Below are positions 62,138 to 64,000 of a stretch of DNA of 64,000 nucleotides, piece after piece (position 1 is the first letter of the stretch; every line of letters starts with the position of its first letter). The stretch covers positions 62,001-126,000 of the forward strand of contig MCFE01000198.1 in NCBI GenBank assembly GCA_002104905.1. The letters run 5' to 3'. Both the position numbers and the translations under genes were made by a program. The DNA comes from Basidiobolus meristosporus CBS 931.73. Its lineage: Eukaryota > Fungi > Basidiobolomycota. The notes below the pieces were generated by a model, which saw only the letters and a list, made by a program, of their open reading frames with translations, was not told where the DNA came from and searched no databases.

Positions 62138-64000
62138 TTCTGATATAATCCATCATATTACTCAGCCAGCAGGGATGAAGATCAATGACTATGAAGAAGA
62201 CCTACAGGCCTATATATTTGAGAACTGCAAGTTTGACCTTGTACTTGGAAAACCTGGCTATTTTGTTGTAATCCATCAATCAACTGGAGAACCCATGCTA
62301 CTCAGGTTCAGAAGGACAACAAGACCTATGAGCTATTACCTGCCAGACTGGATTTCAGCTTGGTCAATTGCAGTGTGTGTGAAGTGAGCTTAGCAAGACA
62401 CAGTTCTGTAGAGCACTTAGCAAAGGCACCCTAATGTTCCTTATGGCAGTATTACTGGAGGATTCCTCTACTTCAGTACCCCAGAAGGTCCAGACTCTTT
62501 TCAAGGAATATTCAGATGTATTTCCAGATGAGCTTGTAAGCCTACCATGGGTCAGAGATGTATATCATGCCATTGACACAGGAGATAGCCCTCCAGTTAG
62601 TGAGATACCTTACAGAAAAAGTCCATTGCAATTGGAAGAGATGAGAGACAAATAGATCAGTTATTGGTGTAAGGATATATCAGACCCAGCAAGTCACCTT
62701 GGGGAGCACCAGTACTTTTTGTGAAGAGGAAGGAGGGAGCACTTAGAATGGGCATTGACTGCAGAGCCCTTGACTCAGTTACTGTGAAAAATAAGTACCC
62801 CATACCTTGGATTGATGAGCTTTTAGACCAACTCAACCAAGCCACTATATTCAGCAAGATTAACCTTATGTCAGGATACAACCAGATTAGGGTGAAGCCA
62901 GAAGACATCCCTAAGGCAGCATTCAGGACAAGATATGGACATTACAAGTACTTAGTTATGCATTTTGGCCTCACCAATGCCCCTGCAACATTCATGACCC
63001 TGATGAAGACTGTCTTCCAGGAGTACTTAGACAAGTTGATGATAATCTACCTAGATGACATATTGATATACAGCAAGACAGAAGAGGATCACATGGTGCA
63101 CATTGAAAAGGTCTTGAAGAAGCTAAGAGAGTACAAACCATACAGCAAGCCAGCCAAGTGTGAATTCTGCAGGGAACACTTTGAATATCTGGAACTCATA
63201 GTGACTAGCACAGGAGTGACCTTAGATCCTAAGAAGGTTGAAGTTATCAAGAATCTGAAGCAGTCCCATAGCATATCAGAACTCAGATCATTCCTTTGAA
63301 TGGTTTCCTGTTACTGGAGATTTGTCAAGTTCTTTGCAAGTATTGCAGCCTGTTTAACTGATATCCTCAAGAAAGACAATACCTACAAGTGGGACATAGC
63401 TTGTGAGACTGCCTTCCAGATGCTCAAGAATGAACTTGTTAGGCTGCCAAGTTTAAGAATACCTGAATTCAGAAAAGAGTTTACTCTGTGCACAGATGCT
63501 TCAGATTATGTAATTGGTGGAGTGTTGAGCCAAGAACACAAGGGAAAGGACTACCCAGTTGCCTTTGAATACAAGAAACTGAACTCAGCAGAACAAAACT
63601 ATCCAGTACCTGAGAAGGAGATGCTTGCTATAATACACTGCTTGAAGACATGGAGTTGCTATATTGAAGGAGTCAAATGCACTGTGTAGACTGATCATGC
63701 CTCCCATAAGTATATATTGACTCATAAGGTACTCTCTAGAAGAATGATAAGATGGAATGAATACATTCAGCAATTCAACTTGGAGATTGTCTACTGCCCT
63801 GGAAAAACAACATGGTTGCTGGTTCCTTATCAAGATTAGAACAAGCTGCACAACTCTACTTGGTGCATGAATCAGATTGGCCTAGCCTATTACCAAAGGA
63901 CTTGGAGGACCAAGCCATTCCTAATGAGGTGGATGAGGAGATCAAGAAGATTATCCAGGATGAAGCCAGCAAATTTGTGGTACAGGATGAAACACTCTAC

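Larger units (their letters stand above)
55577..64000 (+). mobile_element. Ty3/Gypsy retrotransposon, decayed, interrupted by Copia A4, runs off the window
   Basis: LTR 55577-55944, PBS TGGTAGCAG at 55946; gag with PMEID and a frameshifted zinc knuckle; protease MIDSGA; RT (KNKYPIP.IDELLD, YLDDILIYS); RNase H (TDASD). Confidence 0.9.

Overview
Fungal nuclear DNA, judged from short GT-AG introns and a fungal-type mitoribosomal L31 gene; the species cannot be determined from sequence alone. The window has two sharply separated compartments. (1) Bases 1-18,200 are gene-dense and CpG-rich: two tandem prolyl oligopeptidase paralogs (the left one cut by the window edge), an orphan Pro-rich exon, an intronless membrane-anchored coiled-coil gene, ribonucleotide reductase large subunit, a ZIP7/Yke4-type zinc transporter with a 1-bp frameshift, SNU66/SART1, MRPL31 (absent from the ORF track) and 60S acidic protein P1. 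(2) Bases ~18,600-64,000 are an almost CpG-free block of decayed, nested transposons: two Ty1/Copia families with half-tRNA-iMet primer sites, a Ty3/Gypsy element, two other solo LTRs, six copies or fragments of a CMC/En-Spm DNA transposon, and a non-autonomous family with AGAC...GTCT ends and 3-bp target duplications (two ~730-bp near-complete palindromes and a 211-bp MITE). No transposon copy has an intact reading frame. Best leads: the foldback family; the peptidase pair differing at an internal start codon behind a mitochondrial-type presequence; a kinectin/p180-like protein; a telomere-repeat (AACCCT-box-like) array in the RNR divergent promoter; and the ZIP7 frameshift. All alignments and counts were done by eye.
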